The notes: a model not told the origin generated them from the sequence alone. A stretch of 64,000 bases of DNA from Candidatus Bipolaricaulia bacterium (GCA_042219045.1 JBDGQO010000033.1:1-64000); one strand, 5' to 3'. Shown: positions 10,063-19,145, numbered from the stretch's first letter. A program made the numbers and translations.

Positions 10063-10518
10063 ATGGAAGCGCGCGACGCCATGGAGCCGACTCCGATCTG
10101 GGTCCAAGCGGACGAGTCCCTCATGGATGCCGCCCAGCACATGCTCGCCAATCCCTTCAGCACGCTCCCCGTGGTGGGCAACGACCAGGGCGAGCTCATC
10201 GGGACGTTATCCATGGATGACTTGCTGCCTCGGCTTGAGGCGGTGCCGTTCTCCGAGGTGGAAGCCCTGCGGCTGTTTGGCAACTGGCTCGACGAGAACA
10301 ACTACAACGAGTTCGGGCCGCGCTATCGGGAGCAGACCGTGCAGGACCACATGCACAAGGACGTCCAAGCCGTGGCGCCGGATGCGCACTTGTGCCAAGC
10401 GCTGCGGATCATCGTCAGCAGCAGCGATCACCAAGTCTTCGTCGTGGATGAGGAGAGGCGCCTGCTCGGCGTCATCGGGCGCAACGACGTTCTGGCCATT
10501 CTTACCTCGGGCCGCTGA
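10063..10518 (+). CDS. CBS-domain (tandem pair) protein
   Basis: Two CBS motifs (LPVVGNDQGELIGTLSMDDL; VFVVDEERRLLGVIGRNDVL); GGAGG RBS before ATG 10063. Confidence 0.85.
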   Translation: MEARDAMEPTPIWVQADESLMDAAQHMLANPFSTLPVVGNDQGELIGTLSMDDLLPRLEAVPFSEVEALRLFGNWLDENNYNEFGPRYREQTVQDHMHKDVQAVAPDAHLCQALRIIVSSSDHQVFVVDEERRLLGVIGRNDVLAILTSGR

Positions 10519-11723
10519 TGCACGGCACCGAACACCTCCTGGAGATCTTCTTTCTGTTGGCGGCGGCCCAGCTCGCCGGCCGTCTCTTCCAGCGACTCGG
10601 CCAGCCCGCCGTCATCGGCCAGCTGCTGGCGGGCATCCTTGTTGGGCCGTCGTTGCTCGGCCTCGTCCATGAGGGCGAGATCATGGGGTTTCTCGCCGAG
10701 CTGGGCGCGGTCGTTCTGCTGTTCTTGGTCGGGCTTGAGGTGCGGCTGAACGACATCGTCTCGGTCGGCAAGGAGGCCGTCGCCGTGGCGATCCTTGGGG
10801 TCGCGCTTCCGTTCGGCGCCGGCTATGCCTACGGGCTCTTCATCGGCTTCGAGCAGCTCCCGGCGCTCTTTCTCGGCACGGCCCTGGTGGCGACGAGCGT
10901 CGGGATCACGGCGGCGGTGCTGCAGGAGATCGGCGTGCTCTCGCGGACCTACAGTCGCATCATCCTGGGCGCTGCGGTCATCGACGACGTGCTCGGGCTG
11001 ATCGTGCTGGCGGTCGTCTCCGGCATTGCCCAGACCGGCAGCGTCGAGCCCGGCTCGATCGCGCAGCTCAGCCTGCTGTCGTTGGCGTTTGTGGGCGGGG
11101 CGATGCTCTTGGTGCCGGTCGTTCGGCGGATCCCTTTGGACAAGCTGCCGTTCGGCGGGCCGTTCAGCGTGGCGCTGACGTTGGCCATGGGGCTGTCGGG
11201 CCTGGCCACCGCCATCGGGTTGGCGCCCATCGTCGGCGCGTTCTTCGCCGGGATGCTTTTGGCGGAAGTTCAAGAGGAATACCAATTGGCGGGCCCGACC
11301 CACGCGCTGGAGCTGTTTTTGACGCCGATCTTCTTCGCCATGATCGGCGTCCGCCTCGAGCTGGGATCGCTGATGGAGCCGACGACGCTCGCGGTGGGCG
11401 GCGTGGCCAGCGCGATTGCCATCGTGTGCAAGCTGGTCGGCGGCATGGGGGCACTGACGCAAGGCGGGCGACAGGCCGTGGTGGTGGGCGTCGGCATGGT
11501 GCCCCGCGGCGAAGTCGGCCTCATTGTGGCCGCGATCGGGCTGTCCGCCGGGGCTGTCGATCAGCGCGAATACGCGCTGGTGCTGTTGGTCGTGTTGGTG
11601 ACGACGCTCGTGGTGCCGTTCGCGCTGCGCCCGTTGATCAATTGGGCCGAAGCGCCCGAGGCGTTGGACGCGACCGATGCGGGCGCTGCGGCCCAACGCC
11701 CGGATTCGACGGCAGATCAATAG
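10518..11723 (+). CDS. CPA2-family Na+/H+ antiporter, NapA-like
   Basis: ATSVGIT, AAVIDDVLG (DD motif), GMVPRGEV; multiple TM segments. Confidence 0.88.
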   Translation: MHGTEHLLEIFFLLAAAQLAGRLFQRLGQPAVIGQLLAGILVGPSLLGLVHEGEIMGFLAELGAVVLLFLVGLEVRLNDIVSVGKEAVAVAILGVALPFGAGYAYGLFIGFEQLPALFLGTALVATSVGITAAVLQEIGVLSRTYSRIILGAAVIDDVLGLIVLAVVSGIAQTGSVEPGSIAQLSLLSLAFVGGAMLLVPVVRRIPLDKLPFGGPFSVALTLAMGLSGLATAIGLAPIVGAFFAGMLLAEVQEEYQLAGPTHALELFLTPIFFAMIGVRLELGSLMEPTTLAVGGVASAIAIVCKLVGGMGALTQGGRQAVVVGVGMVPRGEVGLIVAAIGLSAGAVDQREYALVLLVVLVTTLVVPFALRPLINWAEAPEALDATDAGAAAQRPDSTADQ

Positions 11724-11771
11724 ACGGCCGGCCTGTCGACGTTCGTCCCGACTCGTCTTTGAGACGACGAC

Positions 11772-11806
11772 GGAAAACGGGCCGAAGCTTCGCGCTTCGG
11801 CCCGTT
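11772..11806 (-). terminator. Intrinsic terminator downstream of rpoB (possibly bidirectional)
   Basis: AACGGGCCGAAGC-5 nt-GCTTCGGCCCGTT; short U4 tract on the minus strand; lies between the convergent antiporter gene and rpoB. Confidence 0.75.
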
Positions 11807-11859
11807 GTCGAATGTTCAGTTGCGACGACTCGGCTGCGCTGGTGGTTGCCCCGACGCGA

Positions 11860-14800
11860 TCAGCCGATGTCCACCTCGCGATACTCGGGGCCGTAGGCCT
11901 TGAACGACAATCCGAGGCTGTGCAGCTCCTTGACGAACACGCGGAACGACTCCGGCAGGCCGGGATCAGGGTAGTCCTCGCCCTTGAGGATCGACTTGTA
12001 GAGCCGCACGCGGCCTTGCGGATCGTCGCTCTTGAGCGTGAGCATCTCCTGCAGCGTCTGCCCGGCCCCGTAGGCCTCGAGCGCCCAGACCTCCATTTCG
12101 CCGAGGCGTTGGCCGCCCAAGCGGGCCTTGCCGCCGAGCGGCTGCTGGGTGATGAGCGAGTACGGCCCCGTGGAGCGGGCGTGGACCTTCTCGTCGGCGA
12201 TGTGCTCCAGCTTCAGAATATGCATGGTGCCGACGGTGACCGAGTGGTCGTACGGCTCGCCCGTGCGCCCGTCGCGGAGCGTGACCTTCCCGTTCGGTTC
12301 GCCCTGCGGGCTTCCGGCGCCGTCGCCGTCGGCGAGGCCGCGCTCCTCGCGGAGCTCGTGGAGCTCGTTCATGACGCGGCCCTCGTCGGCGCCGTCGAAG
12401 ATGGGCGACGCCATCGGTTCGTCTTCCAGGTGGGCGAGCCAGCCCAGATGGGTCTCGAAGACCTGGCCCAGGTTCATGCGGGATGGCACGCTGAGCGGGT
12501 TCAGGACGAGATCCACGGGCGTGCCGTCCGGCAGATACGGCATGTCCTCGTCGGGCAGGATGCGGGCGATGACGCCCTTGTTGCCGTGACGGCCCGCCAG
12601 CTTGTCGCCGACGGCGACCTTCTTGCGCTGGGCGATGTAGACCTTGACGAGCTCGTTGACGCCGGCCTCGAGCTCGTCGCCCTCGTCGCGCGAGAACTTT
12701 TTGACGCGGATCACCTTGCAGCCCTCGCTGGAGGGCGGCAGCGTCTTGGAGGTGTTCTTCACCGCGCGCGTCTTCTCCCCGAAGATGGAGCGGAAGATGC
12801 GCTCCTCGGGCGTCGGCTCGCTCTCGCCGCGCGGGGTCAGCTTGCCCACGAGCACATCGCCCGTGCGGACCTCGGTCCCCTCGCGGATAACGCCCGTGTC
12901 GTCGAGGTTGCGCAGCTCCTCGCGGCTGATGTCGGGAATGTCGTTGGTGATCTCCTCGGGGCCGAGCTTGGTCTCCTCGGCCCGGACCTCAAACTCCTGG
13001 ATATGGACGGAGTCGAGGACGTCTTCTCGCACCATGCTTTCGGAGATGACGATGGCGTCCTCGTAGTTGTAGCCCTCGAAGGGCAGAAACGCCACGAGGC
13101 AGTTGGTGCCGAGCGCGAGCTCGCCCTGATCGGTGCCCTCCGCGTCGGCCAGGACGTCGCCCTTGTGGACCGTCTGGCCCTTCTCCACGACCGGCCGCTG
13201 ATGCAGGATGGTGTCCTGGTTGGAGTTCTCGAACGTGCGCAGGTCGTAGGTGTGTTCCCTTTTGCCGCTTTCGACGACGACTTGGGAAGCGTCCACGAAG
13301 GACACGACGCCGTCCTCTCGGGCCAACACCAGCCGGCCGGAGTCGCGGGCCGCGGCCCGCTCCATGCCCGTGCCGACGTCCGGCGCTTCGGGCTTGAGCA
13401 CCGGCACGGACTGGCGCTGCATGTTGGCGCCCATGAGCGCGCGGTTGGCGTCGTCGCGCTCCAGGAACGGAATCAACGACGCCGACACGCCCACCAGCGC
13501 CGCGGGCGAGACCTCGACGTAGTCGACGTCCTCGGGCGGGATCTCCTTCAGTTCCTCCTCGCCCGTGCGGATCTCCACGGCCTCGCCCGTCAGAACGCCG
13601 TCGGCGTCCATCGGCGTCGTGGCGGGCGCGATGGTGTACTTCTGTTCCTCGTCGGCCATGAGCCAGTCGACCTCGTCGGTGACGACGCCCGCCTCGACGC
13701 GCCAGTAGGGGGCTTCCAGAAAGCCGTGCTGGTTGACGCGGGCGTAGGTCGCCATGGACGTGATCAAGCCGATGTTCTGGCCTTCGGGCGTCTCAATGGG
13801 GCAGATGCGCCCGTAGTGCGACGTGTGGACGTCGCGAATCTCCAGCTTGGCGCGTTGCTTGCTGAGCCCGCCGCCCAACGCCGATAGGCGTCGCTTGTGC
13901 GTCAGTTCGGAGAGCGGGTTCGTCTGTTCCAGATATTGCGACATCCGGCCCGTGTAGAACAGCTTGTTGATGCCGCCCTGAACGACCCGGGACATGACGA
14001 GATTCCGCAATGGCTCCTCGTCGTCGAGGTTGTATTTGTTGAGGCGATCGGCGGTGATTCGGGCCATGCGTCGCAGCCCCGCTCGAAGCGCGTCGTTGGT
14101 CGTCTCGCCCGGCGTCTTGACCCGCTTGTTGGCGAGGTGGTCCTTGTCGTCGAGGACTTCGGGGTACTCGGGCGCCTGCAGGAGGTACTCCACCATGAGC
14201 CCGATCTCGTCGGCGTGGAGAACGGTATCGTCCTCGTCGTAGGTCATGCCGAGCTTCTTGTTGACCATGAAGCGCCCCACGGACGAGAGGTTGTAGCTGT
14301 CCGGGTCGCCGTAGAGGCTCTCGAAGTACTCCTGCATCGTCTTGAGCGTGGCGCGATCGGTGGAGCGCATCTTGCGGTAGACGGCCTGGAGCGCGCCCTT
14401 CTGATCGACCGCCTTGTCCTCTTCGAGGCTCGTCTGGATGAACTTCCGGATGAGCGAGATCTGCGCGACCCCGGCGTCCTCGAGCGCGGCGATCGTGTCG
14501 GGCTGAATCTCCTCGCCCGCCTTCAGGATCGTCTCGCCGTTGCTCTCCACCGCCTCGCTCAGACGATACCCGGTGTAGGGCTCCAGGCCCTCCGAATTGA
14601 CCGCATGCACGGGGAAGCTGAACCCTTCCATGATGTCGGTCGTGGAGTAGCCCAGCGCCTTGAGCAACGTCGTAACGGGAACGTTGGCCTTCCGGTCCAG
14701 ATGGGCGGTGAGGCGCTCGCGCTTCATGTCGAGCACCAGCTCCAACCAAGATCCAGCTTCCGGACGGACCTGAGCCCGATACTCCGTCGCTTCCTCCTGC

Positions 14801-15216
14801 GTGAAATAGACGCCCGGAGCGATCGTCAGCTGGTTGACGAGCACGTTCTCGCTGCCGTTGATGACGAACGTCCCGCGGTCGGTCATGAGCGGGACGTCGG
14901 CGAGATAGATGTCGTCTTCCTTGACCAGCTGGTCCGCTTTGTAAAGGCGCCCGGTCACGCGCAAGGGAGCTTGATACGACAGGTTCATGTCCTTGCACTC
15001 GCGCTCGGAATGGTGCGGCTCGCGAATCTCGGGGCCGATCAGCTCCAGGCGCAGGTCATCCTTGCCCTCGCTCTCGATCGGCGAGATCTCCTCGAACAGC
15101 TCGCCGAGGCCGTCCTCCAGGAGCCAATCGAACGACTTCCGCTGATCCTCTAACAGATAGGGAAGTTCATACGTACGCTGCACACGACCGTAGGATCGTC
15201 GCTCCCTCACAGGCAC
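11860..15216 (-). CDS. rpoB: DNA-directed RNA polymerase subunit beta
   Basis: GRICPIETPEG, DDANRALMGANMQRQ, GDKLAGRHGNKGV, HARSTGPYSLITQQPLGG, GEMEVWALEAYGA; GTG start with GAGGAGG RBS; follows rplL. Confidence 0.97.
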   Translation of the reverse strand: MPVRERRSYGRVQRTYELPYLLEDQRKSFDWLLEDGLGELFEEISPIESEGKDDLRLELIGPEIREPHHSERECKDMNLSYQAPLRVTGRLYKADQLVKEDDIYLADVPLMTDRGTFVINGSENVLVNQLTIAPGVYFTQEEATEYRAQVRPEAGSWLELVLDMKRERLTAHLDRKANVPVTTLLKALGYSTTDIMEGFSFPVHAVNSEGLEPYTGYRLSEAVESNGETILKAGEEIQPDTIAALEDAGVAQISLIRKFIQTSLEEDKAVDQKGALQAVYRKMRSTDRATLKTMQEYFESLYGDPDSYNLSSVGRFMVNKKLGMTYDEDDTVLHADEIGLMVEYLLQAPEYPEVLDDKDHLANKRVKTPGETTNDALRAGLRRMARITADRLNKYNLDDEEPLRNLVMSRVVQGGINKLFYTGRMSQYLEQTNPLSELTHKRRLSALGGGLSKQRAKLEIRDVHTSHYGRICPIETPEGQNIGLITSMATYARVNQHGFLEAPYWRVEAGVVTDEVDWLMADEEQKYTIAPATTPMDADGVLTGEAVEIRTGEEELKEIPPEDVDYVEVSPAALVGVSASLIPFLERDDANRALMGANMQRQSVPVLKPEAPDVGTGMERAAARDSGRLVLAREDGVVSFVDASQVVVESGKREHTYDLRTFENSNQDTILHQRPVVEKGQTVHKGDVLADAEGTDQGELALGTNCLVAFLPFEGYNYEDAIVISESMVREDVLDSVHIQEFEVRAEETKLGPEEITNDIPDISREELRNLDDTGVIREGTEVRTGDVLVGKLTPRGESEPTPEERIFRSIFGEKTRAVKNTSKTLPPSSEGCKVIRVKKFSRDEGDELEAGVNELVKVYIAQRKKVAVGDKLAGRHGNKGVIARILPDEDMPYLPDGTPVDLVLNPLSVPSRMNLGQVFETHLGWLAHLEDEPMASPIFDGADEGRVMNELHELREERGLADGDGAGSPQGEPNGKVTLRDGRTGEPYDHSVTVGTMHILKLEHIADEKVHARSTGPYSLITQQPLGGKARLGGQRLGEMEVWALEAYGAGQTLQEMLTLKSDDPQGRVRLYKSILKGEDYPDPGLPESFRVFVKELHSLGLSFKAYGPEYREVDIG

Positions 15217-15286
15217 AGAGTCCCTCCTCGGAAATATGCGCGGGTGATCGGAACGGGCCCGCTCACCGTCACGTCGAATAGCGGGA

Positions 15287-15316
15287 TCGCTCGGCTCGTC
15301 AGGGGGAGCCGAGCGA
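15287..15316 (-). promoter_or_regulatory. 11-bp hairpin in the rplL-rpoB spacer (attenuator/processing site candidate)
   Basis: TCGCTCGGCTC...GAGCCGAGCGA; no U tract. Confidence 0.45.
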
Positions 15317-15359
15317 CGCCCACGCCGATCTCGTCACCAACGGAATCCGAGAGGTGCAA

Positions 15360-15752
15360 CTAGCTGATGTCGACCTCCGCGCCGTATTCCTCGAGCTGTT
15401 CGCGGATGTTTTGCGCCTCGTCCTCGTCGACGCCCTCCTTGATGGTCGCCGGGAGGTCGTCCGCGAGCTCCTTGCACTCCTTGAGGCCCTTGCCGGTGAT
15501 CTCCTTGACCTTCTTGATGAGCTGGACCTTCTGCTGGCCGGCGTTGGTCAGCTTGACGTCAACGGTGGACGCGGCGGCTTCCTCCTCGCCGCCTTCCGCG
15601 GCCGTGCCGCCGCCCGCTGCCGGCGCGGCGGCCACAGCGGCCTGGGCGCTCACGTCGTATTTCTCCTCAAGGTCCTTCACCAGCGCGTGGAGGTCCTTGA
15701 CGGTCATCTCGTCGATGGCTTCAAGGATGTCGTCCTTGCTCATCGTCGCCAT
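15360..15752 (-). CDS. rplL: 50S ribosomal protein bL12 (L7/L12)
   Basis: Ala-rich hinge; KVQLIKKVKEITGKGLKECKELAD; LEEYGAEV. Confidence 0.95.
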   Translation of the reverse strand: MATMSKDDILEAIDEMTVKDLHALVKDLEEKYDVSAQAAVAAAPAAGGGTAAEGGEEEAAASTVDVKLTNAGQQKVQLIKKVKEITGKGLKECKELADDLPATIKEGVDEDEAQNIREQLEEYGAEVDIS

Positions 15753-16483
15753 TATGTCGACTCCCCTTTCTCTGTCTCAGAATCGTCAGCGGCTTCAGCG
15801 TCATTCGGTTCCGCGTCCGCCTGATCGTCAGCCTCAGTGTCGGTCTCAGCGCCCGTGTCCTCAGTGGCCTCAGTGGCCTCGGCCTCGTCCGTGGAGGCCT
15901 CGGCGCTCGCTTCGTCGGCGCTGGCCTCGACCGTGTCCGCCTCCGAAGACGGGCCCGCTTCGCCCTCGAGGTCCGGCTTGGCCTTGGCGACCTCGTTGAG
16001 GCCGACGACGAGCTGGCGGACCACGCCGTTGAGCGCGGTGGCCAGGTTGCGGATCGGGCCGTGGAACGTGCCGGCCAGTTGCGCCAGCAGTTCCTCGTGA
16101 GACGGGAGCTCGGCCAGTTCCTTGACGCCCTCGGCGTCGAGCAACTGCCCTTCGCTCAGGCCGCCCTTGATCGTGTAATTGGGAAATTCCTTCGTCAGCG
16201 TCATCGAGTGCTTGAACGCCTCGATCGGGTCGTCGTAGCCGAAGCAGATCGCGGTCGGGCCCTCGAGGACCCCGTCGAACGACAGCCCGGCGGCCTCGGC
16301 CGCTTGCTGGGCCAGTCGGTTCTTCACCACGCGGTACTCCAGGTTCTGCCCCCGCAGCTTCTGCCGCAGCTCGACCATCTGGTTGGCGTCCAGCCCCCGG
16401 AAGTCGGTAAAGACGAGGGCCTGGGCCTCGCGGAATCGCTCCTCAAGCTCTTGGACCGCTTGCTCCTTCTCAGGTCTGACCAT
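15752..16483 (-). CDS. rplJ: 50S ribosomal protein uL10 with long acidic C-terminal tail
   Basis: DFRGL, YRVVKNRL, GPTAI, LAELPSHEELLAQL. Confidence 0.95.
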   Translation of the reverse strand: MVRPEKEQAVQELEERFREAQALVFTDFRGLDANQMVELRQKLRGQNLEYRVVKNRLAQQAAEAAGLSFDGVLEGPTAICFGYDDPIEAFKHSMTLTKEFPNYTIKGGLSEGQLLDAEGVKELAELPSHEELLAQLAGTFHGPIRNLATALNGVVRQLVVGLNEVAKAKPDLEGEAGPSSEADTVEASADEASAEASTDEAEATEATEDTGAETDTEADDQADAEPNDAEAADDSETEKGEST

Positions 16484-16486
16484 GAG

Positions 16487-17206
16487 CTAGAGCCTCCCCT
16501 CCTCGACGCGGCGCGCCACCTCGTCCGGATTGACCCGAATGCCGGGCCCCATCGTCGACGAGACGTTGACACGGCGCAGGAACCGCCCGCGCACGTCGGC
16601 GGGCTGTTCGTCAACGATTGCGGTGGCCAACGCGAGGAAGTTCTCCACCAGTTGGTCCGTTTCGAAGGAAATCCGGCCGAACAGCTGATGGATCTGGCCG
16701 AAGTCGTCGATGCGGAACTCCATCTTGCCGGCCTTGAGCTCCTCCACGGCCGACCCGATCTCCTGGGTCACCGTCCCCGTCTTGGGCGAGGGCATCAGGC
16801 CGCGCGGCCCCAAGACGCGGCCGAGACGGCCGACCACGCTCATCATGTCGGGCGTCGCCACGACGCGATCGAACTCGAACCAATCCTCGTTCTCGATCTT
16901 CTCCACCAGCTCTTCGCCCCCGACGTGGTCCGCACCCGCGTCCTCAGCGGCCTGTTGGGCCTCGCCCTTGGCGAACGCGAGCACGCGCACGCTCTTGCCC
17001 GTGCCGTGCGGGAGCACGACCGTGCTGCGAATGCGGTGCTCGTTCTTGCGCGGGTTGATGTTGAGCCGGAAGACCGCCTCGGCGGCCTCGTCGAAGTTGG
17101 CCGTCGCCGTCTGCTTCAGAACCTCCATCGCCTCCTCGATCTCGTAAAATCGGGCGGCGTCGACGTGCTCGGCAGCGGCGGCGTATCGCTTGCTGACCGC
17201 TTTCAT
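16487..17206 (-). CDS. rplA: 50S ribosomal protein uL1
   Basis: LPHGTGK, VATPDMM, LGPRGLMPSPKTGT, SSTMGPG. Confidence 0.97.
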   Translation of the reverse strand: MKAVSKRYAAAAEHVDAARFYEIEEAMEVLKQTATANFDEAAEAVFRLNINPRKNEHRIRSTVVLPHGTGKSVRVLAFAKGEAQQAAEDAGADHVGGEELVEKIENEDWFEFDRVVATPDMMSVVGRLGRVLGPRGLMPSPKTGTVTQEIGSAVEELKAGKMEFRIDDFGQIHQLFGRISFETDQLVENFLALATAIVDEQPADVRGRFLRRVNVSSTMGPGIRVNPDEVARRVEEGRL

Positions 17207-17213
17207 GCTCGGA

Positions 17214-17663
17214 TCACACGCTTTCCACGATCTCGAGGCCCATGTTCCGCGCGGTCCCTTCGATGACGCGCGAGGCGGCCTCGACGGTATCGGTGTTCAA
17301 GTCGGGCATCTTCATCTCCGCGACCTTGGTCAACTGCTCGCGCGTGATGCGCCCGACCTTTTGGCTGTTCGGAATGCCCGATCCCTTTTGAATGCCGGCG
17401 GCCCGCTTCAGCAGCTCCGATGCCGGCGGCTTCTTCAGATCGAAGTCGAAGCTCTTGTCCGGATAGACGTAAATCTGGACGGGGATAATGAGCCCTTGCT
17501 CCTCGTCCTGGGTCGCTTCGTTGAACTTCTGACAGAAGTCCATGATGTTGACCTTGTGCTCGCCCAGGGCGGGGCCCACCGGCGGTGCGGGCGTCGCCCC
17601 GCCGGCCGGGATCTGGAGCTTAATTTCCGCTTCAACGCGTTTGCCGGGTGCGGGTCCTGCCAT
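17214..17663 (-). CDS. rplK: 50S ribosomal protein uL11
   Basis: [29 protein letters not shown]. Confidence 0.97.
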   Translation of the reverse strand: MAGPAPGKRVEAEIKLQIPAGGATPAPPVGPALGEHKVNIMDFCQKFNEATQDEEQGLIIPVQIYVYPDKSFDFDLKKPPASELLKRAAGIQKGSGIPNSQKVGRITREQLTKVAEMKMPDLNTDTVEAASRVIEGTARNMGLEIVESV

Positions 17664-17686
17664 GAGATGATCTCCTCGCTTATCGC

Positions 17687-18766
17687 TTACAGTTTTTCGA
17701 TGCCTTCGAAGCCCAACCGAACGGGCGTCTCTCGCCCAAAGATCTTGACCATCACCGTGACTTCCTCGTTCTCCTTGTCGATGTCGGTGATCTCGCCCGT
17801 GAAGTCGGCGAACGGGCCTTCGACGATCTCGACGACCTCGCCGTCCTCGAAGTCGACCTCGATGACCGGGCCCTCGCGCTCCGGCATCTCCAGGAGGCCG
17901 GCCTTGCGCTTGACCACCTTCATCTCGTCCTCGGGCATCGGCAAGGGCGGGTCGCCGACGAAGCGTGCCTTGAGGCCCTCAACGAGCTCCTTGGTGTCCT
18001 CGTTGAGGTCCATCTTGCCGAAAACGTACCCGGGAAACAGCCGACGCTTCTCGATCCGCTGCACCGTCAGCACGCGCTTGTCCTTGTACTCCTTGACCTT
18101 GATCATGCCGGACGTGCGCGAATGGATGCGGTCTTCTTTCTCCAACAGATCGCCTTGGCGCAGCGTTTGGCCCTCTTTGAGCTTGACGAGGTAGCGGTTG
18201 GGAATCTCCTCCACGATGGGCTCGCCGGCTTCGTCCAGCCGATCGAACGTCACCCGACGGATGCGAGACCGATCGACGACCTTCCCTTTGACCTTGGTGA
18301 AGAACTGCGAGTCGCGATCGCTCGTCAACGGGACGTTGGCCGGAACCTTCTCGCCGACGCGGATGTCGCGACGAATCCGTTTCTCGTCGGGAATCTTGTA
18401 GACCTCCTCGTTGCGGTTGGTCAGCTCAATGATGACCCGCTGCAGCGTCTCGATGGAGGTCACTTCGGCGTCGTAGGGCACGCGGCGTTCCGGCTTGAGC
18501 GCGAGCAGCTCGCCCCGGCTGATGCGCTGGTTCAGCTCGACCTGGAGCTCATACTCGTAGGGAATGCGGTACTCGGCCGCGGGGCCCGTTCGGGTCTTGG
18601 AGGTGATGACCTCCTCGACCGGCGCAAGAAAACGGGCCTCTTCGCCGTCGAGCTGGAAGCTTTGCACTTTCCCCTCTAAGCCCAGCTCGTGCACCCGTCT
18701 CTCGAGCTCTTCCTTGACCTTCAACTCAGACCCGGCGTAGGTCTGAACGGCGTACCAGCGCTTCAT
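17687..18766 (-). CDS. nusG: Transcription elongation factor NusG with large internal insertion
   Basis: [31 protein letters not shown] and IFGRETPV; lies between secE and rplK. Confidence 0.93.
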   Translation of the reverse strand: MKRWYAVQTYAGSELKVKEELERRVHELGLEGKVQSFQLDGEEARFLAPVEEVITSKTRTGPAAEYRIPYEYELQVELNQRISRGELLALKPERRVPYDAEVTSIETLQRVIIELTNRNEEVYKIPDEKRIRRDIRVGEKVPANVPLTSDRDSQFFTKVKGKVVDRSRIRRVTFDRLDEAGEPIVEEIPNRYLVKLKEGQTLRQGDLLEKEDRIHSRTSGMIKVKEYKDKRVLTVQRIEKRRLFPGYVFGKMDLNEDTKELVEGLKARFVGDPPLPMPEDEMKVVKRKAGLLEMPEREGPVIEVDFEDGEVVEIVEGPFADFTGEITDIDKENEEVTVMVKIFGRETPVRLGFEGIEKL

Positions 18767-18790
18767 GGATGATCCACCCCGGAATCGGCC

Positions 18791-18985
18791 CTATTGACGC
18801 AGGTCCAGCACCGCGTCGATCACGCGCGAAAAGACGGCATCGTACGCGAAGATGATGATCGTGAGCACGATGACCATCGCGATGACCAGAATGGTGAACC
18901 CGATCGTCTCCGTGCGACTGGGCCAGCTGATCTTGTCGAACTCCGCACGGACTTCTCGTGCGTACCTTGTCACTCGTTCGATCAT
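18791..18985 (-). CDS. secE: Preprotein translocase subunit SecE
   Basis: EVRAEFDKISWPSRTE plus a single TM helix; synteny tRNA-Trp-secE-nusG. Confidence 0.92.
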   Translation of the reverse strand: MIERVTRYAREVRAEFDKISWPSRTETIGFTILVIAMVIVLTIIIFAYDAVFSRVIDAVLDLRQ

Positions 18986-18988
18986 GGG

Positions 18989-19064
18989 TGGCAGGCCCGG
19001 GAGGACTCGAACCCCCAACCTGCGGATTTGGAGTCCGCTGCTCTGCCAATTAAGCTACGGGCCT
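18989..19064 (-). tRNA. tRNA-Trp(CCA)
   Basis: Cloverleaf AGGCCCG...GCGGA-CTCCAAA-TCCGC...GTTCGAG...CGGGCCTGCCA; CCA end encoded. Confidence 0.96.
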
Positions 19065-19145
19065 ACGATATCCCCAGAATACGGAGCTGTCGCCCGATCT
19101 GCAAACCTGCTTGTGGCGATCGGGCGACGCTCGTCGCTGGTCGGG

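Noticed and set aside
11677..13887. 736-aa plus-strand ORF, and similar long ORFs at 18794-20689, 48041-49675, 56205-58577, 5641-6957 and 8440-10140
   Set aside because: Antisense or frame-shifted shadows of rpoB, tuf, mutS, pyrG and nuo genes; expected at high GC; no recognisable motifs
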